This document shows positions 29,468-39,032 of a stretch of 64,000 bases of DNA, piece after piece. The notes under the pieces are model-generated. The model did not search any database and had not been told where the DNA came from. It was given only the letters and a program-made list of their open reading frames with translations. Source of the DNA: Dehalococcoidia bacterium UBA6627. Its GTDB lineage: Bacteria > Chloroflexota > Dehalococcoidia > UBA2979. Location: contig DKLZ01000016.1 of the NCBI GenBank assembly GCA_002455955.1, positions 1,356 through 65,355 on the forward strand, written 5' to 3'. The translations under genes were made by a program, and so were the position numbers. The first letter of the stretch is position 1. Each line of letters starts with the position of its first letter.

Positions 29468-30253
29468 CTAAACTTTGAATCCACCATCTACACTGATCAC
29501 CTGGCCGGTGATACCTGCAGATTCCGGTGCTGCAAGTAACACTGCCATTGGTCCCAACTCTTCCGGTTCAAGGATGCGATCTAGCAAGTTGTCTTCTGCC
29601 AGAAGAGCCTTGGCACCGCTGACGTCAGTGTCGAAACGTTCTGCACGGCGTTCGATGCCAATGAGCTGGGTGTTGGTCCATCCCGGGCAGAGGCAATTAA
29701 CGGTGATCCCATGAAGGGCAACTTGAGCTGCAAGCGCCCGAGTGTAGCCGATGAGCCCATGTTTCGCAGCAGAGTAGACCAGTGTTCCGCCGCTGCGCTT
29801 CGCGTATCCAGATCCGATGTTGATAATTCTTCCGAAGCTACGATCTCGCATCCCTGGTAGAGCGGCCTTTGTTGTCCAGTAGTGGGTTACTAGATTGAGC
29901 ATCAGATCGTTCACAAACACGTCGTCGTCGTGAGTGTACGGATCATGGTCTTCTGGGCCTCTTTGGCTTGTACCACCTCCGACATTGTTAACGAGGATGT
30001 CAACTTTTCCGAAAGTGGTTGTGGCAGAAGATACGACACTGATCGCTTCGTCTTTCATCAGGGCATTGGCCTCTACTGCTAGGGCAGTACTACCGGTTGC
30101 TTCGATCTCCCCAACTACTTCGTCGAGTTGGCTGCCTGTTCTTGAAGAGATCGTAATGTTGGCACCTTCACGCGCGAGGTCGAGTGCTATCGCGCGACCG
30201 ATTCCACGTCCTCCACCTGTTACGACAGCACTCAGTCCATCTAGACGTTTCAT
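29468..30253 (-). CDS. Short-chain dehydrogenase/reductase (FabG / 3-hydroxyacyl-CoA dehydrogenase-like)
   Basis: 261 aa. 'VTGGGRGIGRAIA', 'NNVG', catalytic 'YSAAKHG', 'PGWTNT'. Confidence 0.85.
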   Translation of the reverse strand: MKRLDGLSAVVTGGGRGIGRAIALDLAREGANITISSRTGSQLDEVVGEIEATGSTALAVEANALMKDEAISVVSSATTTFGKVDILVNNVGGGTSQRGPEDHDPYTHDDDVFVNDLMLNLVTHYWTTKAALPGMRDRSFGRIINIGSGYAKRSGGTLVYSAAKHGLIGYTRALAAQVALHGITVNCLCPGWTNTQLIGIERRAERFDTDVSGAKALLAEDNLLDRILEPEELGPMAVLLAAPESAGITGQVISVDGGFKV

Positions 30254-30286
30254 AGCGTTCCTTCCTTGAATTCTTTTCCGCTGGTG

Positions 30287-31564
30287 CTATACATCATCTA
30301 TACCCAGACGCTTAACCAATGCTGCACGAGCGTCGGCCGTGATTTGTTGTATCTCGATCGGTTCGAAACCAAGCGAGCTCAGGATTTCCTCGTTGTGTTG
30401 TCCCAGTGATGGTGGTGGCGATTTTGTCGGGCCAGTCGTGCCATTAATATGCACCAAGTTTCCGATCAGACGGTGTTTACCAAAGGTTGGAATCTCTTGT
30501 TCGATGATGTAATCGTTTGCCAGTACTTGTGGATCAGATAGCACTTGGTCGTAATCTTGAACTACATCCCAGACGACCTCCGGTCGTCCTTGAAGGAATT
30601 CGGCCCATTCAGCAGTCGTTTTTCCTTTGAACGCTTTTTCCAGATAAGGTCTGATTTCATTCGCTGTTTCACTACGTGCGCGTTCAGAATCCTCGCCAGT
30701 TAATCTAGTTACGGCTCGTTTCGCTGCTGAGTCGAACCGTTCGTCGAGAATGAGTTCGTCCAGTCCCGCAAACATACAGAACGCAGCCCAGGTGGATTCA
30801 TCCTGCATGAACGCGATCATAATCGCGCCATCGGATGTCTCGTATAGACCATAAGTGCCTGCGACACTGGCCATATGACTACCTTCGCGAGTAAGAGGCT
30901 TGGCGGTTAATGACACAGTGTCCAATTCCCACTTCTGTAGGAAGAGTTGAGCGCCAAGCGCTGACACATCGACTCGTTGGCCACCTCCGTGACGCGCCCG
31001 AGCTGCGAGTGCAGTGGTAATACCCAGTGCGAACTGCATTGCCCCAGCGAGGTCGGCGAACGTTGTTCCTGGCATCACTGGCGGACCATCGCTAGGTCCG
31101 TTCACACTGTAGAAGCCCCCTCTGGCGCCAGCCGAACCATCCAGCATTCGTTTGTCTGCATCTGGCCCTTGAGGTCCGTAACCATTGACTAACCCATAGA
31201 TTAGGTTTTCGTTTCGATCTCTAAGCTGGTCATAACCCAGGCCCATCTCAATAAGTGACCGTTCCATGTAATTGCTTACAAAGACATCGGCGTTGTCGAT
31301 AAGTCGACGTACGATTTCCAAAGAGGATTCTGAGCGAAGGTCTAGCCATAGCGACCGTTTGCCACGGTTTGCACTTATAAACTGTGTGCCGAAACCTCCT
31401 TCAGCTAATCTATCCATACTGCTGACTAGGCGATTTGGGTCCCCGAGTGCACCTTCGACTTTGATCACGTCAGCTCCCATGTCGGCAAGGTATTGACTAG
31501 CGATTGGTCCCTGCAGAGCTCGGGCTACCTCGATAACCTTTATACCGTCGAATGGTTCCCTCAT
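30287..31564 (-). CDS. Family III CoA-transferase (CaiB/BaiF family), copy 3
   Basis: 425 aa. 'FDGIKVIEVARALQGPIASQYLADMGADVIKVE', 'NRGKRSLWLD', 'LGQHNEEILSSLGF'. Confidence 0.8.
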   Translation of the reverse strand: MREPFDGIKVIEVARALQGPIASQYLADMGADVIKVEGALGDPNRLVSSMDRLAEGGFGTQFISANRGKRSLWLDLRSESSLEIVRRLIDNADVFVSNYMERSLIEMGLGYDQLRDRNENLIYGLVNGYGPQGPDADKRMLDGSAGARGGFYSVNGPSDGPPVMPGTTFADLAGAMQFALGITTALAARARHGGGQRVDVSALGAQLFLQKWELDTVSLTAKPLTREGSHMASVAGTYGLYETSDGAIMIAFMQDESTWAAFCMFAGLDELILDERFDSAAKRAVTRLTGEDSERARSETANEIRPYLEKAFKGKTTAEWAEFLQGRPEVVWDVVQDYDQVLSDPQVLANDYIIEQEIPTFGKHRLIGNLVHINGTTGPTKSPPPSLGQHNEEILSSLGFEPIEIQQITADARAALVKRLGIDDV

Positions 31565-31790
31565 CGTTGTTGCTTCTTTCTTGTTTTCATCAACTGAGTG
31601 ACGAGTTGGTATCGATGCATGCGTTTAAGATGTTCGCCTTTATGGCAGGCGCGAGGAAAGTGTATCTGTAACCGAGCAGCGTGTGGTCTAGAAGTTGGTT
31701 CGCATAGATTGGATCGATACGAGACATGGCGCGGTCAACGGCATTATGTGATCATCGTGGGCGCGTTATGGCCTCGAGAAGGGCGGCGGA

Positions 31791-33836
31791 ATGAGTGACA
31801 GTACAACCACCGACGGTCGTCAGAACCACGTTATCTATGATGATGAGGGCTCTGCGACGAGAGACCGACCCTGGATCTTTCGAACATATGCTGGTCATAC
31901 GAGTGCTCGCGCATCGAACGAGCTCTACCGTTCTAACCTAGCGGCCGGTCAAGTTGGGCTCTCGATTGCCTTCGATCTTCCCACGCAAACTGGTTATTCC
32001 TCAGACCATCTGCTTGCCCGCCCCGAGGTAGGCAAGGTAGGGGTACCGATCAATAGCTTGGATGATTTCCATGTCTTATTTGATGGGATTCCTATTGAGC
32101 AGATGAATACCTCTATGACAATCAATGCGACAGCAATGTGGATGCTCGCGCTCTATGTGGCCTTGGCCAAAGAACGTGGTGAGGACGTTTCAAAACTTCA
32201 AGGAACAACGCAGAACGACATCGTCAAAGAATATCTAGCGCGTGGGACCTACATCTTCCCGCCTGCTGCGAGTATCCGCCTTATTGCTGAGATGTATGAA
32301 TATTGCCTTGATGAGATTCCACGATGGAATCCATCCAACATTTGTAGTTATCACCTCCAGGAAGCAGGTGCGACGCCCGCTCAAGAGCTCGCTTTCTCAC
32401 TTGCGAATGCGATTGGCATTCTCGATGAAATCCGTGAGCGTGGCATTATCACCGGTGAGCGCTTCGAGGCCGTAGTTGGTCGCATCAGTTTTTTCGTTAA
32501 TTCCGGTATTCGATTTGTTGAAGAGATGTCGAAGATGAGAGCTTTCACAGAACTCTGGGATGAGATTGCTAGTGATCGTTACAACGTCGAAAATCCGCGA
32601 TTTCGGCGCTTTCGCTACGGAGTTCAGGTCAACTCACTTGGCCTCACTGAGCAGCAACCAGAGAACAATGCCTGGCGTATTTTGCTCGAGACGCTTGGAG
32701 TTACGCTGAGCCGTAATGCACGTTGCCGTGCGCTACAGCTCCCTGCTTGGAACGAAGCTCTGAGTCTTCCACGACCTTGGGATCAGCAGTGGATGCTACG
32801 ACTTCAGCAGATACTTGCTTATGAGAGTGATCTACTTGAGTATCCCGATATTTTTGATGGCTCTCCGGTGATTGAATCCAAAGTTAACTCATTGAAGGCT
32901 CAGACTCGCACTGAAATCGAGCGCATTCTCGACGGTGGAGGGATCCGCAGCGCTGTCGAGTCTGGATATATGAAATCGGCGCTTGTTGCCTCGATGGCAG
33001 AGCGTGTTAGCGACGTTAACTCCGGAGAGAAAATTGTTGTCGGTGTCAATCAGTGGACTGATGCCATCGAGTCGCCACTGGTGGGTGATGAGGAAGGTGG
33101 CATCTTCCGAATCGATCCGGATGAAGTTCGCTGGACGACGGATCGTTTGAAGGAAACGAAGCAAAACCGTGACGAACAGGCAGTTGAATCGGCCCTTAAC
33201 GCTCTCAGTGACGCTGCCGAACTTGGAACGAATTTAATGGATGCTTCGATTAACTGTGCGCTAGCGCGTGTTACTACAGGCGAGTGGTCTGACACACTTC
33301 GTCGTGCCTTCGGGGAGTACCGGCCACCGACTGGTATAGCAGACCAGCACTTTAGTCTTTCAGCTGATCAGATGGATAAGTTGCGAGAGCGTTCGAATGA
33401 TTTCACCTCAAGGACCGGCCGTCGCCCCCGGATCGTCGTTGGCAAACCGGGACTTGATGGACATTCGAACGGTGCGGAAGTAATAGCGGTCGCTGCTCGT
33501 GATGCGGGTTTTGAGGTGATCTATTCGGGTATCCGTCTCACCCCAGAGGAGATCGTGCAATCTGCAGTGGATGAGTCAGCGCACCTGATTGGCATATCAA
33601 TTCTGAGTGGTTCTCATCTCGAACTCGCCCAGCAGTTGATGGCAGCGGTCGATACATTCGGAGTGTCAAAAGAGATAGGGGTGGTCTTCGGTGGAATTAT
33701 TCCGCGAGAGGATATACCGACACTCGAGTCGATGGGTATTAAACGAGTGTTCACACCGTCGGACTTCGATTTGGTCGGACTTATCGGAGAGCTTTTGAGC
33801 ATCGTGGAAGAATCCAGTTCTGCTCGGACTCATTAG
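31791..33836 (+). CDS. Fused B12-dependent acyl-CoA mutase (catalytic TIM-barrel plus cobalamin-binding domain); Ecm/MeaA-like by motif
   Basis: 681 aa. 'RPWIFRTYAGHTSARASNELYRSNLAAGQVGLSIAFDLPTQTGYSSDH', 'ICSYHLQEAGATPAQELAF'. The C-terminal B12 domain has the DxHxxG motif in 'KPGLDGHSNGAEVIA'. Substrate not assignable by eye. Confidence 0.8.
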   Translation: MSDSTTTDGRQNHVIYDDEGSATRDRPWIFRTYAGHTSARASNELYRSNLAAGQVGLSIAFDLPTQTGYSSDHLLARPEVGKVGVPINSLDDFHVLFDGIPIEQMNTSMTINATAMWMLALYVALAKERGEDVSKLQGTTQNDIVKEYLARGTYIFPPAASIRLIAEMYEYCLDEIPRWNPSNICSYHLQEAGATPAQELAFSLANAIGILDEIRERGIITGERFEAVVGRISFFVNSGIRFVEEMSKMRAFTELWDEIASDRYNVENPRFRRFRYGVQVNSLGLTEQQPENNAWRILLETLGVTLSRNARCRALQLPAWNEALSLPRPWDQQWMLRLQQILAYESDLLEYPDIFDGSPVIESKVNSLKAQTRTEIERILDGGGIRSAVESGYMKSALVASMAERVSDVNSGEKIVVGVNQWTDAIESPLVGDEEGGIFRIDPDEVRWTTDRLKETKQNRDEQAVESALNALSDAAELGTNLMDASINCALARVTTGEWSDTLRRAFGEYRPPTGIADQHFSLSADQMDKLRERSNDFTSRTGRRPRIVVGKPGLDGHSNGAEVIAVAARDAGFEVIYSGIRLTPEEIVQSAVDESAHLIGISILSGSHLELAQQLMAAVDTFGVSKEIGVVFGGIIPREDIPTLESMGIKRVFTPSDFDLVGLIGELLSIVEESSSARTH

Positions 33837-33879
33837 CGTGTTCTTGCTAATGACAGTTTGAACATAGACGAAGTGGACG

Positions 33880-34722
33880 TTGTCTATGACTACAGATCAT
33901 CAGAACCATTTCGATGCGTTATTCGCTGCTGAACTAGAGCAAAATGCGTACAGGATCGCGGTCGAGGCAGGTCGTACGATTTTGCATGCTTTGCAAGATG
34001 GGATCACTGTTACGTACAAGGATTTACCCAGTGGGAAACGATCACCGATTAACCCGGTCTCCAATGTTGATCACGCGGTAGAAGAGCTGATTCGTGAGCG
34101 AGTTTCAACTAGTTATCCTGATCACGCCTTCCTTGGTGAAGAGACGGTCGATCAGTTTCAGCAGGGTTCGCGGTTCACATGGGCAGTAGACCCGATAGAT
34201 GGAACGCAGAATTTTGTGAACGGTATACCGTTCTATTCTTGTTCGATCGGTATTTTTGAGGGTGCGATACCAGTTGCGGGGGCAATTTGGGGTGTGGCTA
34301 CGCATCTTGGCCGTGCCGGCGTCTACCACGCCCATCGAAGTGGCGCGCTACATTTTGATGGCGAATTGCTCACAAAAACTAGGAAAATCTCTTCTGGCCG
34401 TCTTCGTGGGGTTGCTGCTACACCAATGGGCAGCGAACGGCGTGCTCCTGAATGGGACTATCGGTCACTAGGTTCCACAGCCCTAGAAGGAGCTTTGGTC
34501 GCGGCCGGTGTGCTCGCAGGTGCTCGCAATCCTGACCCGTATGTTTGGGACATCGCTGCAAGTGCCGTTCTTGTAGAAGCTGCTGGGCACGAGGTCTGGA
34601 CAAGATCGAAAAATTCGAACACTTGGAATCGTCTGATTGCGATTGATCCGGCGACCTTCACTAACTGGCGTCAACCTGTTGTTGTGGCAAACGAAACGGC
34701 GTCTGTTGAGTTGAGAAAATAG
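33880..34722 (+). CDS. Inositol monophosphatase family protein (SuhB/HisN-like)
   Basis: 280 aa. 'FLGEET', 'WAVDPIDGTQNF', 'LGSTALE', 'WDIAAS'. ATG at 33886 is an alternative start. Confidence 0.8.
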   Translation: MSMTTDHQNHFDALFAAELEQNAYRIAVEAGRTILHALQDGITVTYKDLPSGKRSPINPVSNVDHAVEELIRERVSTSYPDHAFLGEETVDQFQQGSRFTWAVDPIDGTQNFVNGIPFYSCSIGIFEGAIPVAGAIWGVATHLGRAGVYHAHRSGALHFDGELLTKTRKISSGRLRGVAATPMGSERRAPEWDYRSLGSTALEGALVAAGVLAGARNPDPYVWDIAASAVLVEAAGHEVWTRSKNSNTWNRLIAIDPATFTNWRQPVVVANETASVELRK

Positions 34723-34774
34723 TGTCTGAGGTTTGGGTTTTCTTAAACGAAGACGTATTGAGACAAGAGGTGCG

Positions 34775-35704
34775 CTAACCGAAGCGCCCCGTGATGTAAT
34801 CCTCGGTACGCTTGTTGCTTGGGCTTGTAAACAATTGTTCTGTCTGACCGTATTCGACGAGCCTTCCAACAAGGTCTTCTTGTGCGAGCATGAATGCAGT
34901 GCGGTTCGATACTCTCGCTGCCTGTTGCATATTGTGAGTGACAATCACGATTGTGTAGCTAGTAGCCAGCTCCTGCATTAAATCCTCGATGCGTTGTGTC
35001 GCGATAGGATCAAGTGCCGAGCAAGGCTCGTCCATCAGTATCACTTCTGGTTGAACGGCGATTGCTCTAGCGATACATAGCCGTTGTTGCTGGCCTCCGG
35101 AAAGTGCTAGGCCAGACCCTTTTAAATCGTCTTTGACTTCATCCCAAAGTGCGGCCTGTTCGAGTGACTGACGAACGAGTTCGTCCATGTCGCCCTGATA
35201 GCCGTTGATTCGAGCTCCAAAAGCAACGTTATCGTAGATTGATTTTGCAAATGGATTAGGTCGCTGGAATACCATTCCGATGACTCGTCGGACCTCGACT
35301 GGGTCGACACCGTCGATATAGAGAGGCTCTCCATCAATCTCGATCTGACCTTCTATTCTGACGCCAGAAATAAGTTCGTTCATTCGATTGATGCAGCGTA
35401 GTAATGTGCTCTTGCCGCACCCGGAAGGACCAATTAATGCGGTAATTTGGTTTCGTGCGATATCAAGACTAACGTTTCCGACTGCTTGCTTTGATCCATA
35501 CCAAACGCTGAGATCCTGAATGCGGACGGCTGGATCCTTAATCTCATCGGTCTCTTTAGATGGTCTGTCTGATTTCATACGTGGTCTAAGATTAGGCTCT
35601 CTCGGCGTTGAAGATTCGGTAACTTCACCTTTATTGAAGTGCTGCTGAATCGGTACCTCATTGACCGATAAAGGATCTGGGTAAGTTTGTTGAAGTTGAG
35701 TCAC
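34775..35704 (-). CDS. pstB: Phosphate ABC transporter ATP-binding protein, with an N-terminal extension of about 45 aa
   Basis: Walker A 'GPSGCGKST', signature '[14 protein letters not shown]', Walker B '[12 protein letters not shown]', PstB-typical C-terminus '[10 protein letters not shown]'. GTG start at 35704 has an AGAGGT RBS. An internal ATG at 35578 would give a canonical length. Confidence 0.9.
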   Translation of the reverse strand: MTQLQQTYPDPLSVNEVPIQQHFNKGEVTESSTPREPNLRPRMKSDRPSKETDEIKDPAVRIQDLSVWYGSKQAVGNVSLDIARNQITALIGPSGCGKSTLLRCINRMNELISGVRIEGQIEIDGEPLYIDGVDPVEVRRVIGMVFQRPNPFAKSIYDNVAFGARINGYQGDMDELVRQSLEQAALWDEVKDDLKGSGLALSGGQQQRLCIARAIAVQPEVILMDEPCSALDPIATQRIEDLMQELATSYTIVIVTHNMQQAARVSNRTAFMLAQEDLVGRLVEYGQTEQLFTSPSNKRTEDYITGRFG

Positions 35705-35714
35705 AATTGTACCT

Positions 35715-36644
35715 CTAGTTTTTGGTCAAATGCCCGAAGCGATGTCTTAAGAACACGGCGATCGTGTTCATCGTGAGTAAGACGAATAGCAGTACGAGAA
35801 TCCCGCTCGCAGCGAGATCTTGGAAATCAGCTTGTGGGCGTGAAGTCCAGCTGTAAATTTGAATTGGCATCGCTGTGAATGAATCGAGAACGCCGGATGG
35901 CGTGAAAGCGACGAAGGTAAAGGCGCCGAGGACGATCAACGGTGCGGTTTCACCAATCGCTCGAGCGATTGCGAGAATTGTTCCAGTCATGATCCCTGGT
36001 AAGGCTTGAGGAAGTACATGGTGTTGGATGGTCTGCCAACGCGTCGCGCCAAGTCCGTAGGACGCCTCTCGGGTCGATGAAGGAACAGCCTTGATAGCTT
36101 CCTGTGCGGCGACGATCACTACGGGAAGTATCAGTAGCGCTAACGTCAGAGAGCCAGCCAGTACTGAACGTCCGAATCCTCCGAAGTCTGGTCCGATTCC
36201 GACCGTTCCTCGGACGAATAGTTGTAGCCCGAGCAACCCGAATACGATTGAGGGGACACTGGCAAGATTCGAAACGTTAATTTGAATAAGTGAAGTCACG
36301 CGATTTTTCGAAGCGTATTCCTCTAGGTAAATTGCTGCTCCGACTCCGAGGGGGAATGCCCAGAGCGCGGTGAAAGTGATGAGCCAGATGCTCCCCCACA
36401 GAGCTGATTTGAAGCCCGCTAATTCTGGTTTACGAGACGGGAAAGAGTTTAGAAAGTCTAATGAGAGAAAACGTACGCCGTCGCGTGCAACTTCAAAGAG
36501 TAGGACTGCAAGGAGGACGACACCGATCGTCGTACCGATCATCGCGAGTGCAACAAAGAGTGTGCCTGTTAAATGTCGAGCACGTAATCGCACTCGGAAC
36601 TGAGATGAAGTGATTCGTTTTGTCGGTTGTTCTGGACTACTCAT
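35715..36644 (-). CDS. pstA: Phosphate ABC transporter permease PstA
   Basis: 309 aa polytopic. '[15 protein letters not shown]' is the EAA loop typical of PstA. Overlaps pstC by 4 nt. Confidence 0.85.
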   Translation of the reverse strand: MSSPEQPTKRITSSQFRVRLRARHLTGTLFVALAMIGTTIGVVLLAVLLFEVARDGVRFLSLDFLNSFPSRKPELAGFKSALWGSIWLITFTALWAFPLGVGAAIYLEEYASKNRVTSLIQINVSNLASVPSIVFGLLGLQLFVRGTVGIGPDFGGFGRSVLAGSLTLALLILPVVIVAAQEAIKAVPSSTREASYGLGATRWQTIQHHVLPQALPGIMTGTILAIARAIGETAPLIVLGAFTFVAFTPSGVLDSFTAMPIQIYSWTSRPQADFQDLAASGILVLLFVLLTMNTIAVFLRHRFGHLTKN

Positions 36645-37573
36645 TCGTACCGTTCCCGAAACTTGGAGACGATTCGTGCACTGAGCAGGTTCATAATCAT
36701 TGTCATCGCGAACAACGTCATTGCGATTGCGAAGATTGTGCGGAATTCGATAGTGCCATGAGGAGCTTCACCCTGCGTCACTTGGACAATGTAAGCAGTC
36801 ATTGTCTGAACACTCTCTAGTGGATTGAGTGTTAAGTGTGGAGTTGCTCCAGCGGCTACGGTGACCGCCATCGTTTCACCGACTGCGCGTGAGATAGCAA
36901 GAATGTACGACGCAACGATCCCGCTGAGTGCTGATGGGAAGGTGACTCGGGTAATAACCTCGAACTTGGTGGCACCAACCCCATACGCGGCTTCGCGAAG
37001 GGATTCGGGCACTGCACGGAGAGAATCATCCGAGATCGATGAGACCATCGGTACGGTCATGATTCCAACAACGATCATTGCTGATAATGCATTGAAGATC
37101 CCGACATCTGGAAGCCAGCTGTCACGCAGCAATGGAGTAATAAAGGTAAGTGCGAAGAATCCGTAGACAATAGTTGGTATGCCAGCCAAGACCTCAAGAA
37201 TAGGTTTGATAATGCTGCGTACTTTTGGTGAGGCGTATTCAGCGAGAAAGATTGCACTGAGTGTGCCTACAGGTATCGAAATAAAAGACGCTCCCACTGC
37301 AATCATCAATGTCCCAAGGATCAGTGGAAGCACACCGAAATTTCCGGAAGCTGGCGTCCAGCGCGTACCCGTCAGGAAATCGACCGGGTGGATTTCACGG
37401 AAAAAACTTAAGCCTTCACTGAACAGGATTACGACGATTCCAACAGTGGTGAGTACGGTTACCGCTGCGCATCCGAAGAGTACAGCGGCGATCACTCGCT
37501 CAGTGAATTGCTGACTGCGTCGGTGTCCAAACCGCTGCGGTCTGCCTGGATTGACAACCGCAGTGGTACTCAC
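36641..37573 (-). CDS. pstC: Phosphate ABC transporter permease PstC
   Basis: 310 aa polytopic. 'LREAAYGVGATKFEVI' is the EAA loop. Gene order is pstS-C-A-B. Confidence 0.85.
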   Translation of the reverse strand: MSTTAVVNPGRPQRFGHRRSQQFTERVIAAVLFGCAAVTVLTTVGIVVILFSEGLSFFREIHPVDFLTGTRWTPASGNFGVLPLILGTLMIAVGASFISIPVGTLSAIFLAEYASPKVRSIIKPILEVLAGIPTIVYGFFALTFITPLLRDSWLPDVGIFNALSAMIVVGIMTVPMVSSISDDSLRAVPESLREAAYGVGATKFEVITRVTFPSALSGIVASYILAISRAVGETMAVTVAAGATPHLTLNPLESVQTMTAYIVQVTQGEAPHGTIEFRTIFAIAMTLFAMTMIMNLLSARIVSKFRERYE

Positions 37574-37628
37574 CTTTAGTTCCCAGTACCGGGGGTTGAG
37601 TTCTGTCGAATAGGTACAGGTTTAGCAA

Positions 37629-38543
37629 TCAATGCGAATGCCCCCCGAGTGCGTCCTCGAACGCATGCCGTGCTTCGGCTCGTTGCTCGGACGACGGAGC
37701 TGTGTAACCGGCTTCACTAATCAGATAATCGGTATCGTCGCTTAAGTGGTACCGAATGAAGTCTTGGACATAGTCCTTTTCAATCAACGCTGAGTTTCTA
37801 GCGTAGATGAACAATGGGCGTGCCAACGAGTAGCTGCCATCTGAGACGGTTCCGTCGTTCGGCAGTACGCCGTCTACCGCAAGCAATTTCAGACGATCAG
37901 CATTCTCAGTGTAATAGGCGTATCCGAAGTAGCCGATGGTGGATTTTCCTCCAGAGATACCGATCACGAGAACATTGTCATCGGATGAGGCAGTGTAGTC
38001 CGCACGAGACAATCCTTCGTGACCGTTTATTTCGTCTGTGAAGAAGTCGAATGTTCCAGAGTCAGTGTCAGGTGCGAAAATCTCGATTTCCGAGTCAGGC
38101 CACGCTGCGTTGACTTGATTCCATCGAGTAATCTTTCCTTCTGCTTCTGGCTCGAAAATCATCTTCAGTTGCTCGCGGGTGATTCCATCTGATAAGAAAT
38201 CGTTCGATGAGCTAGTGACGATTGCTAGACCATCAAGACCTACTAGTATTTCGGTGAATGCGATTCCTGCATCGGCACAAAGTTTAGCTTCTTCGGGCTT
38301 GATCGGGCGTGAGGCGTTTGAGATATCTGTGTCACCAGCACAGAATTTCTTCAATCCACCACCTGTTCCGGATACGCCAACCACCACACGTGTGTTTGGA
38401 TTGATTGAACGGTACTCCTCAGCGACTGCTTCGGTGATTGGGAAGACTGTGCTGGATCCATCGATAGTGATGGTTCCGCTACTGGCTGCACTACTACTGG
38501 TTGAAACATTATTGTCGTTTCCACCGCATGAAGTCAGGAACAA
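37629..38543 (-). CDS. pstS: Phosphate-binding protein PstS (lipoprotein); the true start is probably upstream of 38543
   Basis: 'ITIDGSSTVFPIT', 'GVSGTGGG', 'ISNASRPIK', 'GYFGYAY'. The ORF-track start (TTG 38543) gives 'MFLTSCGG', which is the end of a lipobox. The hydrophobic signal sequence is encoded in-frame upstream (see finding). Confidence 0.85.
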   Translation of the reverse strand: MFLTSCGGNDNNVSTSSSAASSGTITIDGSSTVFPITEAVAEEYRSINPNTRVVVGVSGTGGGLKKFCAGDTDISNASRPIKPEEAKLCADAGIAFTEILVGLDGLAIVTSSSNDFLSDGITREQLKMIFEPEAEGKITRWNQVNAAWPDSEIEIFAPDTDSGTFDFFTDEINGHEGLSRADYTASSDDNVLVIGISGGKSTIGYFGYAYYTENADRLKLLAVDGVLPNDGTVSDGSYSLARPLFIYARNSALIEKDYVQDFIRYHLSDDTDYLISEAGYTAPSSEQRAEARHAFEDALGGHSH

Positions 38544-38827
38544 GGCCGCCGCAAGGATGGATGTTGTACCGAGAAGCGTAATTGCTTTTGTATGTCTGTG
38601 ACGCGTGGGGGAGTGTATTGAATCGGGACCGTTGTGTTGAGTTCTTTCACGTCGTGTAATTCGAAAAAAATTGATGATTCTCTCTGACTTTCTATGTTTC
38701 TTGTTCAGTGGTTCAGGTTAGACATGGTTGTTCTGATTTCAAGTGTAATGATTAGCACAACACATGTGTTTCGAGATTAAGGGTCTCGTCTGATTAGGTA
38801 TTTCCTCTTTCAACTTTGTGTCTACAA

Positions 38828-38853
38828 TCACAATTCATGATGAAGGATTGTGA
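38828..38853. promoter_or_regulatory. Inverted repeat TCACAAT-N12-ATTGTGA in the AT-rich pstS/aquaglyceroporin divergent region (candidate operator)
   Basis: Read directly: 38828-38834 TCACAAT and 38847-38853 ATTGTGA. The function is not established. Confidence 0.25.
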
Positions 38854-39032
38854 GATAGAGGCAAGTAGAAAAATCTGATATTTGCAGGCATTGTTTTGCT
38901 TGTGTTTCGGAATTGTCTCAGAGGTGATTGCGGTATCTGAGAATCCTCTTATATGGGAGACCTAGGTGGTAAGTAGTGGGCATCGTTCGGTACGTCCTCG
39001 ACATTATCATTCACGATTCAGGAAGAAATTAG

